DNA from: a virus
Taxonomy: Duplodnaviria > Caudoviricetes
IMG/VR virus record: IMGVR_UViG_3300020403_000082
Location: 1-25,067 of that record
Direction: 5' to 3' (one strand)
DNA length: 25,067 nt
Shown piece by piece: positions 25,024 through 25,067 of the stretch; positions within the stretch are counted from its first letter, which is position 1; every line of letters starts with the position of its first letter. The translations under genes were made by a program, and so were the position numbers. A model generated the notes under the pieces. The model had not been told where the DNA came from, searched no databases, and worked only from the letters and a program-made list of their open reading frames with translations.

Positions 25024-25067
25024 TGCCGCAACAGTTTTTTTACGATGAACAAATAAGACGTTTTCTA
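25023..25067 (+). CDS. Start of tail terminator/sheath stabiliser (T4 gp15-like), truncated by window edge
   Basis: TGATG coupling; MPQQFFYDEQIRRFL resembles the gp15 N-terminus (YFY...RRY); only 15 codons visible. Confidence 0.6.
   Translation, partial: MPQQFFYDEQIRRFL

Noticed and set aside
1-25067. Stop-codon reassignment
   Set aside because: Core genes are full length in the standard code and end in TAA, TAG (gp17, gp4) and TGA.
1-25067. tRNA, rRNA or long ncRNA genes
   Set aside because: Intergenic gaps are at most about 120 nt and are accounted for by promoters and terminators; no cloverleaf seen by eye.

Overview
About 25 kb of a large T4-like (myovirus, probably jumbo-type) phage genome, AT-rich, using the standard genetic code. 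The minus strand carries, in transcription order: a stand-alone Smr-domain gene, three early-type hypotheticals, gp13-like neck, dNMP kinase, a greatly extended tail sheath (gp18), tail tube (gp19), a tube-like baseplate protein, gp4 head-completion nuclease, probable small terminase, three probable internal head proteins, an SGNH-like/glycosyltransferase-like pair, a Usg-family gene coupled to the large terminase (gp17), a 950-aa acidic protein, an AsnB-like enzyme, gp32 SSB, a hypothetical and uvsX (cut by the left edge). The plus strand carries two HNH-family genes and gp14-like/gp15-like neck genes (cut by the right edge). The most striking non-coding signal: five genes have a T4-late-type TAAATA-like box exactly 5 nt before the ATG and no Shine-Dalgarno (predicted leaderless late mRNAs), while bulk structural genes use the same box with an SD leader. 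Also seen: a hairpin switch over the gp13 start, a 22-nt-periodic repeat in the gp32 leader, and nested sigma70/late promoters. Usg and promoter style suggest an alphaproteobacterial host. All protein calls rest on motif recognition by eye; no database search was run.
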